A stretch of 64,000 nucleotides of DNA. Source: Octopus vulgaris (taxonomy: Eukaryota). This document shows positions 15,154-29,495 of the stretch, piece after piece. The notes beneath the pieces were generated by a model. It did no database searches and was not told the origin of the DNA. It saw only the letters and a program-made list of their open reading frames with translations. Position 1 is the stretch's first letter, and each line of letters begins with the position of its first letter. The stretch covers positions 69,564,001 through 69,628,000 of the forward strand of contig OX597828.1 in the NCBI GenBank assembly GCA_951406725.2, written 5' to 3'. The position numbers were made by a program, and so were the translations under genes.

Positions 15154-15714
15154 ATATCTATCTATCTCAATGTAGCTATTGATTTATCTGTCTGTCTATC
15201 TACACACACACACACACACACACACGTATATATTGTTTGCTCTGTCTGCCTATCCATCTGCCTACCTACTTTTATATGTCCTTTCAAAAATGTTTTTAAA
15301 ATTGCTAAAAGCCTTCAAAACTTTTAAAACATTTTCATCCACAAACCTTTACAGCTTCTTCTGCATCCATAGACTTTTATAACAAAAAAAAATCTTACAT
15401 CCGCCCCTCAACCTATTAGACACAATTAATCCTCCAATTCGGCTGCCTCTTCTATTCAATTACCGCTCTTCTTTTCTATATTGTTTCACTTTATTTTATT
15501 TTATTTTATTTTATTTTATTTCATCTCCCCCACCACAAACTTTATTGTATATTATCTTTCTCAATTTTATTTTAATCTATTTCTACTCATCTTTCACCAA
15601 AGCTTTCCTACTAACAGCTTTAGCCTATTATCTTACTGAACATATATGTGTGTGTGTGTTTGTATAAATTTATAAGTATATTATATATACATATATATAA
15701 TGTACTTATATATC

Positions 15715-15761
<47 letters not shown>

Positions 15762-15891
15762 AGCATATTAAAAATTCCTCTACCAAATTCACTGACAAAG
15801 CGTTGGTCAGCCTGGTCTGATAACAGAAGGCATTTTCTCAATGCACCGCACAACTGCCATACCTATGTGTGTGTGTGAATGTTAAACGATG

Positions 15892-15933
<42 letters not shown>

Positions 15934-16225
15934 CATCATCATCATCATTATCATCGTTTAATGTCTGATTTCCATGCTAGCATGGGTTAGACGGTTCGAC
16001 CGGGGTCTGGGCAGCCTGGAGGCTGCACCAGGCCCAGTCTGATCTGGCAGTGTTTCTACAGCTGGATGCCCTTCCTAACGCCAACCACTCCATGAGTGTA
16101 GTGGGTGCTTTTTACATGCCACCGGCACAGGTGCCAGGCAAGGCTGGCAACAGCCAAGATCGGTTGGTGCTTTTTACGTGCCACCGGCACGGACGCCAGT
16201 CGGGACGGTGCCTATATATATTTAT

Positions 16226-16277
<52 letters not shown>

Positions 16278-16355
16278 TAAAATATTAGGGAATAAATCCA
16301 AATTTACAGGGAAAAATCAGATTTAGGATTGAATCCAATTTTATAGTAAAATATT

Positions 16356-16542
16356 ATATAATATTAATTAGAGACAAAACCACTATTTTGTAAATCAAAC
16401 AAGGAAAGACTTAATTAATACATAAAAAAATTTTATTTTAATATAAAGTAAATAAATCGCCACTTTATATTAAAATTTTTTTATGTATTGATTAAGTCTT
16501 TCCTTGTTTGATTTACAAAATAGTGGTTTTGTCTCTAATTAA

Positions 16543-16550
<8 letters not shown>
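16356..16550. repeat. Long near-perfect inverted repeat (~90 bp arms, 12 nt loop)
   Basis: 16356-16449 pairs with 16462-16550 apart from a 5-nt indel and ~2 mismatches; loop aaataaatcgcc. Related sequence occurs at ~50480-50560. Confidence 0.9.
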
Positions 16551-16594
<44 letters not shown>

Positions 16595-17519
16595 ACATAC
16601 ATATACACACACACACATATGTGTATATGCATGTGTGTATGTGTAGATAGATAGATAGACAGTATGTATGCTTGTTGCCACTTCAACATGGCTATTCCAC
16701 AGGAATTGATGTTGCTGCCATTCTATAGAGGATGCCTCCTCCAGCTGGTTATTTGATGCAATCTGCATCCGATAAATATTGCAAGGGTTAGGGACTGAAC
16801 CCCTACCATCTTCCAGTGACCACCAGGCACTACAGTTCTGAGCTCTTTGTGTTCATCCTCGGTGGTGGATACCTAGCAAATTCACACGTATGTATGTATA
16901 TATGTATGTGCACATGCATATGTGTGTGTGTGTGTGTTCTTATTATGTCTATGTATTTGTCCATATTGCAAACAAGCTACCCTCATTTCCCCATGCTAGT
17001 GAAATGATGACAAGAATGTCATACTTGCCCTTACTTCTCTCCTACTCATCCTCCTACAACCACCCTAGGCACCTAGCACCTCCACAAAAACAACAATACC
17101 CTCACCCCACTTAATACGCAAGGTAGGGGTGGAAGTGACAGTAACGTGGTGGGGGCAGCTATTATCTCACCCTCTATATTCTCAGTGAGATTAACCTCAC
17201 TAACCTAACTGCAGATAAAATATTTTTATGCCCACCATCACTACCACCACCCTGGCACATGTTGTACCTCACCCTGCCTTCAAGATGTGTGAGGGGGACC
17301 TTCAACTGGCCTCCACTTATACTTATTGTGTAGTACTCCAACCCCTCTTAACCAGTCCCACTATGAGGTAAAATGCAGAGAAATGATCTCTCATCCATCC
17401 ACCAACCTTAGCACTCAGTGACTTCACAGTGCACATGGGACCAGATGCACACCCATGGATGCACATACACATGCATTTGCAAGCATTTACACAAACATTG
17501 ATGGTTGTATATATGTGTG

Positions 17520-17554
<35 letters not shown>

Positions 17555-17592
17555 GTATATATGTATATAATATATATATAAATAATAAATAA

Positions 17593-17838
17593 ATGTACCC
17601 TTTTAAAGCCTAGCCAAGTTCATGGGCCCGGTTTCCCAGTTTCTATGGCGTATGTGTTCCCAAGCTGGATGGGACACCAGTCAATCGCAGGGTTACTCAT
17701 TTTTGCCAGCTGAGTGGACTGGAGCAACATGAAATGAAGTGTTTTGCTCAAGAACACAATGTGTCTCCCGGTCCAGGAATCGAAACCACAACCATACGAT
17801 CATGATGCTGACACCCTAACCACTAAGCCACGTGCCTC

Positions 17839-17839
<1 letters not shown>
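17593..17839 (-). mobile_element. tRNA-headed SINE with V-domain-like ccctgcgattgactggtgtcccatcca
   Basis: Head ggaggcacgtggcttagtggttagggtg and B box ggtttcgattcctgg. Related heads with another tail occur at 345-660, 3105-3412 and 29520-29730. Confidence 0.7.
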
Positions 17840-17870
<31 letters not shown>

Positions 17871-18992
17871 CCTTGTAGAATCCTATGCAAAGCTCATCTA
17901 CAGATATTGGTTACCTGATGTCATCATACAATGGAAATGCCTCTGCTACTGGATGACATAAAAACAGGACTAACCCTAAAAAAAGAATATCATTTATTCC
18001 ACTTTCTATCATTTATCTATTTACACACACCCATGCACACACACACACACACGCACATCTACACATACATGTATTATATGTGCGTGTGAGTATATTTACA
18101 TTGTGTATATATATGTAAACATATATATGTGTATATGATATATATATGCATATAATATACTTTTGATGGCTTTGTGGCGTTCCTCTTCAATTGGAAACTA
18201 GTAAACTATTAATAATGTGATGGGGTCTCTTATATGAATTAAATCCTAGCTCATGTATGTATGTACATATTTATGAACATATGTATGTGAAGCCCTTCAC
18301 AACATTTACTGATAGAGTTTCACACATGTAATACACATGTCAGCCTCCCCATCTTTAATACCCCCAGGCATCGATACCTCTACCCCAAAGACTGAAGATT
18401 CCAGATTCTAGTTGCATTCTGCTAGTTTCTTTACAATTCACTACACTTAATGCCTGCTTTTCCCAAGCCTACCTTTGAGGTGCTGGGCCTGTTTGGCCCC
18501 TAGTTAGGTTGATGGGTTCACATGACATGAGAACAGGTCCACAAACGAAAGGGGCCATGAGACACACATTGAGGGGCCAAAATTTCTCTGAAGCATATCT
18601 GCTTTAACCACAGATCTATCTTCAACTATTTGACCCTTAACTGGGGTCTTTGATAGATGCTACCACCTCAGGCCAGGGTCCTGGTGACTAGTGGATAATT
18701 CCATAATCTCCCAAGACTCCTAAACGCCCAAGCTGGAGCCTCACCTTGAGATGCAGCTTAATGTTCAGCCCAGAATATAACAGGATTTAATGTGTTTCAG
18801 TCATGGGACTGTGGCCATGCTGGAGCACTGCCTCAAGGGACTTAGTCCAACAAATTGACCTCAGTACCTATATTGTAGGTCTGGTACTTATTCTATCGCT
18901 CTCTATTTTGCTGAACTGCTAAGTTACAAAGATATAAACAAACCAGCATCAGTTGACAAGCAGTGATGGGGACAAACACAACCATATGCACC

Positions 18993-19040
<48 letters not shown>

Positions 19041-19066
19041 CATGCATATATATATTTGTATATATG

Positions 19067-19690
19067 CTGCTTTTGCTTCGTGCTCTTGTTTGATGGGGTT
19101 GAGGTCATCCCAGGTTAGGGGTCTTAGAGACGCCATCTTGCATAGAGCTGACCAGGTTCACCAGAGCTCTCCTTGTGCATCCTCCAAGGTGACATTGAAC
19201 CTCTGGAGATCTTCTCCAATCACATCCAGCCCTCTGGTGCAGGGCCTGCGGCAAGGCCTCTTCCTCTGCTGTGTTGAACGAGAGTAAAGCCCTGGTAGGA
19301 TGATCTAGCAGGAGATGGGGGACATGTCCATACCAGCAATCGATAGTTATGAGGTAGGAGAATATGGGCTGATATGTGCACACATGCAGTTCTGTATTGC
19401 AAACATGATGGTAGCAACTGATGTTCTTGATGGTTCTCGGGGCTCTGCTATCAAAACTGTTGATCCTCATTGCCAGGGAATTCGAGACGGGTCAGGTTTC
19501 TGTCCCAACAATGACCCTGGATGTTAACTGCAGATGTGGCCTGGCTGCTGGAGATTATGTGCTCCTTATGGAAGTCCCTCTGGCACCACTGCTCTATCTC
19601 CTGGTAGATGAAACTTTGCATCTGCGACACATCAGTCCTCTCCAATCTCCTGTATCGCGCAAAAAACATGACCCCTCCTGAAGTCCCTGG
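19067..19690 (-). pseudogene. Frameshifted non-LTR (RTE/L2-like) ORF2 C-terminus and 3' end
   Basis: RINSFDSRAPRTIKNISCYHHVCNTEL...CWYGHV resembles the post-RT WYGHV domain. Confidence 0.65.
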
Positions 19691-21059
19691 CAAAGAAGAT
19701 ACACACACATATATATATACACACACACACATATATATATGTACACATACACGCGTGCACACACACACACGCACACATACATATATTAGTCATTTGATGT
19801 TTATCTCTAACATGTAGGTGCTGTTTTGGGGTACCCCTCATTATAATTATATTTATATAATTATATATTTATATTAATTATTACCAAAAATGGTTTTTAT
19901 TACATGCTGGCCACTGATAAGATCACGTGGTTGAGATGAATAATTGGATTTGCATCATGTATATGTGTGAATATATGTATGTATTAGTATATATGCACAT
20001 GTATTTGTATGGGTGTGTATATATATATATATGTATCAACATTTATGTACTTTTGGTATATTCTACTGATGACAGTAAAGTGATAGTATTACTAAACCAG
20101 AAATTGGACAACCTAGAATTAACCAAAAAAAAAATATTCTTACTAAATCTCTTTTATTCATTTCTTTACTTTCAGCTTTGTGCTAATGGAGTGTAATTTG
20201 AAGTGGTTTTTAGAATCATTTGACATCTATCTCTAGCATGTATGTGCTGTTTCTCCATACCCCTAATTATAATTATATATCTATATTAATTTCTACCTAT
20301 ATGGTTTTTATTACATGCTGGCCACTGAAAAGATCATTAATTGATTTTATCCTTAATTATGTATATATATTAAGTACAAGTCATTTCCCCAAAGTGCTGT
20401 GCCATAGGATTGAACACAAGACCACATTGTTGAGGAGCTAGTTTCTTAACCACCCACCCATGGCTGCAACTACAGCCACACTTATGCTCATACATATATA
20501 TCTGTATGCATGTCACAAATATTGAACAGACACCCAACAGGTTTCCCTCTCTCCCTCATTCTGGCCTTCACTCTATCTTTCGCCTTAACTTTCTGCCCCA
20601 GCTTCCTTACCCAGCTGGGGTGGCCACTTATCTCCTCTAAAGTAAAACCCCCGCCATCTCTGTCCCCCTATCCCACTCTAACCTCTTGTCTGGCACACAG
20701 TTACTTTCCTTAGTTCCACTCCTTCTTTCAACTAAGGGGTCTTTGTCCTACAAGTGATTTGGTGACCCAGCTGGTGCTGGTGCCACATAAAAAGTGCCAG
20801 TACATTGTTCTGCATGAAAAAAACCCACCCAATCCACACTCTGTTAAGTGGTTGGCATTAGGAATGCCATCCAGCCATAGAAACCATGCCACAAAGACAA
20901 TTGGAGCTGGGTGCAGCCCTTGGGTTCCCAGCTCCTGTGAAGCCATCCAACCCACAGACATTTACAGACACCTAAGATATACTGAGCTGATGTCTAAGAA
21001 TATCTGACATCTCCAGAGATCTACAAATATGCAATAAACAGACATCCCCCCCATACAGC

Positions 21060-21860
21060 CACGGATATCTACAAACCTCTACAAACCTCTATAAACCTCT
21101 ACAAGCCTCCACAAACCTCTACAAACCTCTACATAGACCTGTAGGCATCTACAGACATGTATAAACAAACATAGTTGCCTACATACATTCACATATTTCT
21201 ACATCCACGGATGTCTACAAACCCCTATGAACCTCTACAAACCTCCACAAACCTCTACAAACCTCTACATAGACCTGTAGGCATCTACAGACATGTATAA
21301 ACAAACATAGTTGCCTACATACATTCACATATTTCTACATCCACGGATGTCTACAAACCCCTATAAACCTCTACAAACCTCCACAAACCTCTACAAACCT
21401 CTACAAACCTCTACATAGACCTGTAGGCATCTACAGACATGTATAAACAAACATAGTTGCCTACATACATTCACATATTTCTACATCCACGGATGTCTAC
21501 AAACCCCTATGAACCTCTACAAACCTCCACAAACCTCCACAAACCTCTACAAACCTCTACAAACCTCTACATAGACCTGTAGGCATCTACAGACATGTAT
21601 AAACAAACATAGTTGCCTACATACATTCACATATTTCTACATCCACGGATGTCTACAAACCCCTATGAACCTCTACAAACCTCCACAAACCTCTACAAAC
21701 CTCTGCAAACCTCTGCAAACTTCTACATAGACCTGTAGGCATCTACAGACATGTATAAACAAACATAGTTGCCTACATACATTCACATACTTCTACAAAC
21801 ATCTACATAGATCTACATCCATCCGTAGACATCCACATGCTTCTACAGACATCTACAAAC
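21060..21860. repeat. Higher-order minisatellite with variable 10-bp subunits
   Basis: Anchor acatagacctgtagg at 21131, 21267, 21413, 21569 and 21725; subunit acaaacctct. Confidence 0.9.
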
Positions 21861-22676
21861 ATAAAACAGCCATGCTCCAAGTAGCGCCAGAGTTCGTTGC
21901 CTTGCCGAACATCTCTCTCCTGCTGTTTCTTCACATTCCTCTTTCATGTCCTGCCAAGATAAACCACACTCTCACATATCTTTATTGATACTCCTGACAA
22001 CAATGCTGATGATGATGATGAGGATGAGGATGGTGAGGATGCTTATTTGGAGTAGAAGCAGGAGCAGTGGGGCAGTGGAAGTGATGTGGTGGGGGTAATG
22101 GTAATGGTGGTGGTGGTGGTGGTTATTGTAATGATGATGATGATGTTTGTAGAAGATGCAGTGGTTGCAATGCCAAGGCTAGTGTGGGTGGTGGGGTTGG
22201 AGTGGTGTGTTTAAAGTGGTGATTGTGGTTGTTGTTGTTGTTGTTTATTTAGCTCTGGGTCAGTATTTATGAAGCAGACCTATGATTATATACATTCCAA
22301 CCATGACCATCCTACTTTTTTCCTCTGTATGGAGAACTCAGAAGAGTATTATTGAATGCACTCTTTTTTCAAGACAGCAGACAATGGTTTGAGAGATATT
22401 TGACTGCTATTTCTAGCATGTTGAGCAACCACATAGAGGTTCTCTCTTTGGCTCCTGTTAGTGGAGGTGATGGTGGTGGAGGTGATGGTGGTGGAGGTGA
22501 TGGTGGTGGAGGTGATAGTATTAGTGATGGTGGTGGTGGTGGTGGTGGTGGTGGTGGTAACACTGTCAATGTTACTAATCATGGCAGCACCTGTTAGCAA
22601 CAATGAAGAATGCTGCTACTGCTACTACTACTACCAACACTACCGCCGCCACCACCACCACCACCACCACCACCAA

Positions 22677-22716
<40 letters not shown>

Positions 22717-25617
22717 GTAGCTGCTGCTGCCGCTAGCAGCTGCAGTAGTAGTTGGTGAGAAAGCCTGTTGCTGCAAAACTGCTGCAACAAATGCCTCATT
22801 CCTGAGCTGCACCTTCAGCATTCTCTGCCAATTTTTTAACGCTGCAGTGGTGTTGCAGTTAATGCACTAACCTTATATCTACTGCTGCACTGGTGTATGC
22901 ACATCTCATACTGCAACAGCATTGCATCTACTGCACTAACCTTATATCTGCTGCTACTGCTGCAGTAGGGTGGTTGCATCTAATGCATTTCTCTTATAGC
23001 AGCTGCTGCTGTTCTGTTGCATCTACTGCACTAATTTTTATATCCGCTGCTGCTGCTGCTGCAATAGTTTATGCACATCTCATATATGCAGTAGTATTTG
23101 AGTGCACACTTCTAATATTGCAGCAGAGATGCAGCAACTGCACTTCCTTTGCAGCTGCTGCTGCAATATTGTTACATTTAATGCACTTCTCTCATATCTG
23201 CTGTTCCTGAAGCAGAGTTGTAGCTAATGCACATATGTCTGACGAGGGTGGTGGTGGTGGTGGCGGTGGTGGTGGTGGTGGTGGTGGTGGTGGTGGTGGT
23301 GGTGGTGGTGGTGGTGTGTTTGTCAGTGACATGATGGCGGATAACGCCTTGCAGTCTGAGTTTTGCACTTCTGACCTTTGCACTCTGAGTTCAAGCCCTG
23401 CTGAAGTCGACTTTGCCTCCTGCCTCTTCCCCCCACCCACTCAACTTTGCCCCTTCCTCTCAATGTTGATAAATAATCACCAGCGAAGTACCAGGGTGGA
23501 TTTAATCAATAACACTCCCACACCAATAAATATCTTAAAGAGTTTAATTTACAAGCCAAGGGTGGCGGAGTGTGTGAAGCATCTTACAACAACATTTCGT
23601 TTCTCTCCTTCACATTCTGTGTTCAAACCCCACTGCTACCCACTTTGCTTTTTATTTACCTGGGGCTTTATAAAATAAAATACCTGTTATATGCTGGGGT
23701 TGACACAGTAGCTTAAACTCCTCCTCCTTTACACATTTGTGGCTTCATTGTTGTTGTTGCTGTTGTTGTTGTTTAGATCTAGGTCAGATTAGGTCAAGCC
23801 AGACATTTGATAAAAAATCATTCCAGCCATGACCTCTCTTCAAAGTCTGCATTGTCCAATGTGTCTATCTTCATTTGAGGCATTGACGCCAACCCAAAGC
23901 AGCAAGGAATGTGTACATAAAACAATGATGGTGGCGGTGGCAGTGGTGGTGGTGGTAGCGGTGGTGGTGGTAGAAGTGGTGGTTGTATGTAAGAAGGGAG
24001 ACGAGGGGATGGATGGGAGGCTGTGAGTTCCTTTTCCTGATTGGATGTTTGAAGCTTATTTCTTACCAGCCACCTGTTCAGTGATAAGTTTGTAAAGATA
24101 CATAAAATAAGTTAGTGGGGGTTAAGGAGGGGAGGTCTTGCTCTTTTTTTTTTTCATTATCCATGCCCTTTAAAAGTGTGTACATATGTATATATGTATG
24201 CATGCATGCATGCAGTCATGTGGGCATGTATGTATAACCATTTTCCTTGAGATTCTATTGAAATCTTCTTCACAGTTGGTATGGCTGTGTGGTAAGAAGC
24301 TTGCTTCCCGACCACATGGTTGTAGGTTCAGTCCCACTGCATGGCACCTTGGGTAAATGTCTTCTACTATAGCCTTGGGCCAGCCAGTGCCTTGTGAGTG
24401 GATTTGGTAGATAGAAACTATGTATAACCCTGTAATATATGTTTGTGTGTATCTTTGTGTTTGTTCCTCTCCCCCGTTTCACAACCTGTGTTGGTTTGTT
24501 TATATTCCCAATTTAGCAGTTTGGCAAAAGAGGCTGATTGAATAAATACCAGAGTCATTTTGATCAATTAAACTCTTTAAAATGGTGCCTCAGCATGGCT
24601 GTGGTCCAATGATTGAAACAATTTCAAAGATTAAAAATAATGAAAGAATCACATTAATGTCTGTTGAAGAATAAGGCAGCTGCTGGCAGAATGGTTGGCA
24701 CACTGGGCAAAATGCTTAGCGGTATTTCATCTGTTTTTATGTTCAAATTCCACCAAGGTCAACTTTGCCTTCCATTCTTTCGGAGTCAATAAATTAACTA
24801 CCAGTTGCATACTGGAGTCGATCTAATCGACTGGCCCCGCCCTCCACCAAAATTTCGGGCCTTGTGCCTAGAGTAAGAAAAGAATTTCTGTTGTAGAATT
24901 GGATTTTTGCTCCTTTTATGTCTTCTCTCTGCAGCTGATATTTGGCACCAGTTTTTTCAGTTTTTGTTTTTATAGAATTCTTCCATGTTCTGAGAGGTGG
25001 TGTCCTTTGTATCACTGTTAGTTTAAAGATGTCAATCTTCAAGATTTTCTTGTCCAAGAATGCAATTCTATAATGTTTTGGTTCAAAGGTAGATAGAAAT
25101 CATCATCATCACCTTCAACATCATCATCATCAACATCATCATCATCATCATCATCACCGTTTAACATCCACTTTCCATGCTGGCATGGGTTGAACAGTTT
25201 GACTGAAAACTGGTAAGCCAGGGGTCTGCACAAGGTTCCAATCTGATTTGGCAAGGTTTCTACAGCTGGATGCCCTTCCTAATGTTAACCTCTCCAAGAG
25301 CGTAGTGGGTGTTTTCACATGCCACCAGCACATGTGCTGTTGACCTGACATGGTCAATGGCACTCGTGCCGCTGGCACATAAGAAGCACCCACTACACTC
25401 TTGGAGCGGTAGGTGTTACGAAGGGCTGGTGATCATCTATTTGGATATTTGCTTTTAATGTTGATTGTCAAATCACTTGTTGTTACACCTGGATGTTTTA
25501 CCTGTGTTCCCATTGGGTACCAGGTATTTTGTGCATCAGACATTTTGTTGTTGATATTTCCTGTCTGTGGATTGCAAAAGCCTACTCTTCAAAGGGACAA
25601 CACACACATGTGCGCAT

Positions 25618-25649
<32 letters not shown>

Positions 25650-26254
25650 TATCATCATCATCATCTTTTAGCATCTTTTAACACTCTTCAATGAGATCCA
25701 ATGATCCAGAAGAGGATTGCATTGAGTTCCAATGTCCTCTTTGGCATGGATTTCCATGGCTTTCTTGATGCCAACCATTTTACAGAAAATACTGGGTTAG
25801 TTTATGTATTGTATTTAATTATTTGTGTGTGTGTGTGTGTGCACCAGCACCAGTGAGGTCTGCAAGACAAAGGAAAAACAAAGTCACCCTTGGTTGAGTG
25901 TGGTTGTAGTGGAGAGAGAGTGGTGATGGTGGCGGTGGTGGTGGTGGGCATTGTGCCAGGTGTTAAGATACTAAAGCAAAATGGGGCCAGGGAGCTGATT
26001 GTGTGAGGGTGGAGTGAAAGTAGCCAGAAAGCGAGATACACCTTTATCATCATCATCATCATCATTTTAAAGGCCACTTTTTCCTGCTTGTATGAATTTG
26101 ACCAAATTTGTTGTGGCAGATTTTCTTATGGCTGAATGTCCTTCTTGTCAATCCTGACCTGTTTCCATGCAAGAACATGTTTCCACGGAAGAACGGAAAT
26201 GATGTATTATCCAGGGAACATGTCCACACTTTGTCTACCTCTCTACAACACAAA

Positions 26255-26425
26255 CAAAATCTCTCGTGGAAGCGTCATCCAACCAAAATACAAATATATG
26301 GGAAATTACCACCTGTATCATCTCTTGTGAAAGGTAGAAGAGTCCAGTTTGCTGGACATTGTTGTAGAGCTGAAAACGAGGTAATTTCTACTCTTCTCCT
26401 CTGGAAGCCATCTGCTCGCAATACC
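26255..26425 (+). pseudogene. Non-LTR retrotransposon ORF2 post-RT fragment (RTE/RTEX-like)
   Basis: QNLSWKRHPTKIQIYGKLPPVSSLVKGRRVQFAGHCCRAENEVISTLLLWKP matches the SW..H.T...RRL.FAGH..R pattern. Confidence 0.75.
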
Positions 26426-27409
26426 TGATTGGCATTCGTCTGGCTTTAGGTTGTGAGTTCAAATTACACCAAGGTCGACTTTGCCTTGCATCCTTTCAGG
26501 GTCGATAAAATATGTACCAATGTACTAGTTGTGCATAGGGGTCAATGTAGTCAACTTGCCCCCTAGCCTGAAATTACTGGCCTTGTGCCAAAATTGGAAG
26601 CCAATATCTATAAACAGTGTCTGTTTGTCTATCCAGTCAACACCTACATAATCTCTCTCTCTCTTTCTTTCTTCATTCAACATCCACACTTTGCCTGCTT
26701 TTCTATACATATTTCTATTGCTTAACTCTCTACAACATAAACATAAACACTCCGTAACTTTTGTAGTCCTCCACTAAATAGAAAAAAATATCTCGTTTCT
26801 TTCCTCTTGTTTTCTTCATTTCTTAAGCCAAAACAGATTATTTCAAAAATGTGAGATTAACTCCAAAAGAGGCTTATCTGAAAAGCTGAAATCTGCTGGG
26901 GAATATTCTGTGAGAAATCACAAAGAATATCAGGAAACTATTCAAAGAAAGTCTGTGAAGAGAATTCCTGACATTTCCAAGTAAATCCTGTGACTATGGC
27001 GGATGTCTGACTGAAGATTTCTCAGTTCAAATCCAGGATACAGCCAAAGTAGGTGGATTTAGATAAAAGATATCATATGTTTGATATCACATAGCTCAGG
27101 ATAAGGTGCAAGGGATATCGGTTGGCAGAGTGGGGTGAGGGGTGGGGGGAAGCTGTGTGTCAAGAAGTTTACAGATGTTGACACGTGTCTCTCTTCTTCC
27201 TTCTTATTTTCTGTCTGTGGGGTGGGCAGAGGTTGGGGTGGATGGGAAGGGTGGGAGAGAAGAGGAGAGATTAAGGGATGAATTCTTCTTCTGATTGTAC
27301 TTCTTCCTCTTGTTCATATTCTACATCATCATCATCATCATCTTCTTCTTCTCCTTCTTCTTCTTCTACACACTCACACACACATGTGTATATATGTATG
27401 TATATATTT

Positions 27410-27640
27410 CTCGGAGAATTCTTGCTGGTCCACTAACCACGTGGCAAAGCTCTTTCGTTTCAGTCGAGACAGGTGACTGTAGGTTTGTGGTCATCTGAAT
27501 CCGTTGATGTGGCCTATATATGGCACACGTGTGCTGATGGCCGACTTGTATCTGTGTAGTCTGAGATGGGTTTCACTTTAGCACACAAGTCTCTGTGCTT
27601 CACCTGTTTGACTGTATACGTGCTGGAAAATGGATATTGG
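27410..27640. promoter_or_regulatory. Candidate promoter/enhancer island (E-box cluster plus TATA-like box)
   Basis: Non-repetitive, CpG-retaining sequence with CACGTG at 27438 and 27526, CAGGTG at 27470, CATCTG at 27492, CACCTG at 27601 and TATATAT at 27515. Confidence 0.35.
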
Positions 27641-28328
27641 CAGGAATGTGCATTGAAGAAGCTCATAGAGTATCTGGGTGTGGCAGTGACACAAAGCTGA
27701 GCCTGAAGGGTGAAGAGGGTGCTGGTTGTCTGAGTTTCTAGCCAATTCTCCAGACAGTTTAGTAGACAGTGGTATCTGTATCAAATTTTTCGTGATATTT
27801 ACAACATTTTGCAGAAGAATACAAGATAAATAAAAATATGTAAAATAAAAGTAGAAAATAAAAGAAAACATTTTGTAGAATTTGATAGGAAGAATGTTTA
27901 ACTAGTTCTTACTAAAATTTCGAATTACTTTTGGATTCCACTTAGCATTGGTCTTACAATCTTTAACATCATCATCATTATCATCATCATCGTTTAACGT
28001 CCGTTTTCAATGCTGGCATGGGTTCAACGGTTCGACCGGGGTCTGAGAAGCCAGGAGGCTGCACCAGGCTCCAGTCTGATCTAGCAGTGTTTCATTCCAT
28101 GAGCGTAGTGGGTTTTTTTATGTGCTAGGAGTGGCTGGCAGTGGCTACGATCGGTTGGTGCTTTTTACATGCCACCGGCACAGAAGCCAGTCAAGGCGGA
28201 GTAATTTTGCAAATAATGAAGAATTTTGTAAAATAAAATAAGCAAATTCAATCATGGAACCAAGGGCAGTCTCAGACAAATTGCTATTGAAAGGTTTAAC
28301 AAAATCCAACTCCCCCTCTCTGAGTTCT

Positions 28329-28852
28329 TATTTCTTTACTACCCACAAAGGGCTAAACACAGAGAGGACAAATAAGGACAGACAAACAGATTAAGTCGAT
28401 TATATCGACCCCAGTACGTAACTGGTACTTATTCAGTCGACCCCGAAAGGATGAAAGGCAAAGTCGACCTCGGTTGAATTTGAACTCAGAATGTAGCAGC
28501 AGAGGAAATACCTATTTCTTTACTACCCACAAGGGACTAAACACAGAGAGGACAAACAAGGACAGACAGACGGATTAAGTCGATTACATCGACCCCAGTG
28601 CATAACTGGTACTTATTTAATTGACCCCGAAAGAATGAAAGGGGCTACACACAGAGGGGACAAACAAGGACAGACAAACGGATTAAGTCGATTATATCGA
28701 CCCCAGTACGTAACTGGTACTTATTTAATTGACCCCGAAAGGATGAAAGGCAAAGTCAACCTCGGCAGAATTTGAACTCAGAACGTAGCGGCAGATGAAA
28801 TACCGCTAAGCATTTCACCCGGCGTACTAACGATTCTGCCATCTCGCCGCCT
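28329..28852 (-). mobile_element. SINE family A head-to-tail trimer
   Basis: Three successive copies of the acagag...ggacaaacaaggacagacaaacggattaagtcgat block; only the last has a head. Confidence 0.85.
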
Positions 28853-29148
28853 TCTCTGAATTTTAATGAATGAGTCTTATTCTTCAATAAGATATTTGTT
28901 TCTTATTTTGGCACAAGGCCAGCAGCTTTAAAGTGTGGGCATCACTTGAAACTATTGACCCTAATACTTAACTACTGTTTTATTTTGCTGAGTCCCAGGG
29001 AGATGAAAAGCTGAGTTGACCTGGATGCAATTTGAACACTGAACGTAAAGAGTTTGTTGTTTGATGCTCTAAAGTTTGCGTTGAAACCATTGCCAAAGCT
29101 TGATGCATTCCACCAGCTCTGATCCTGTTAAATGACAACAATGATGTC

Positions 29149-29185
<37 letters not shown>

Positions 29186-29438
29186 GTGATGGTGATGGTG
29201 ATGATGATATGTATGTACTTATGTTCACAAAGACATCCTAAACTTCATCTAAAAAAAATAGGCCACCTGGCTGATTAGCATAAATTTCCTCATTGACACC
29301 TTCCAGCCACTCTCCCCCTCAGCTGCTCTGTTCCCCCTCTCTCTCTCTCTCTCCTTCCTTCATCCTTGTTGTGTCCTTCTCCCCAACCCCAAACCCTCAC
29401 ATTAATCAATACACCCAATCCATCTTTTCCAAATCACC

Positions 29439-29495
<57 letters not shown>

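Noticed and set aside
27065-27092. atatgtttgatat similarity to miR-190
   Set aside because: Only a partial match, with no pre-miRNA-length hairpin.
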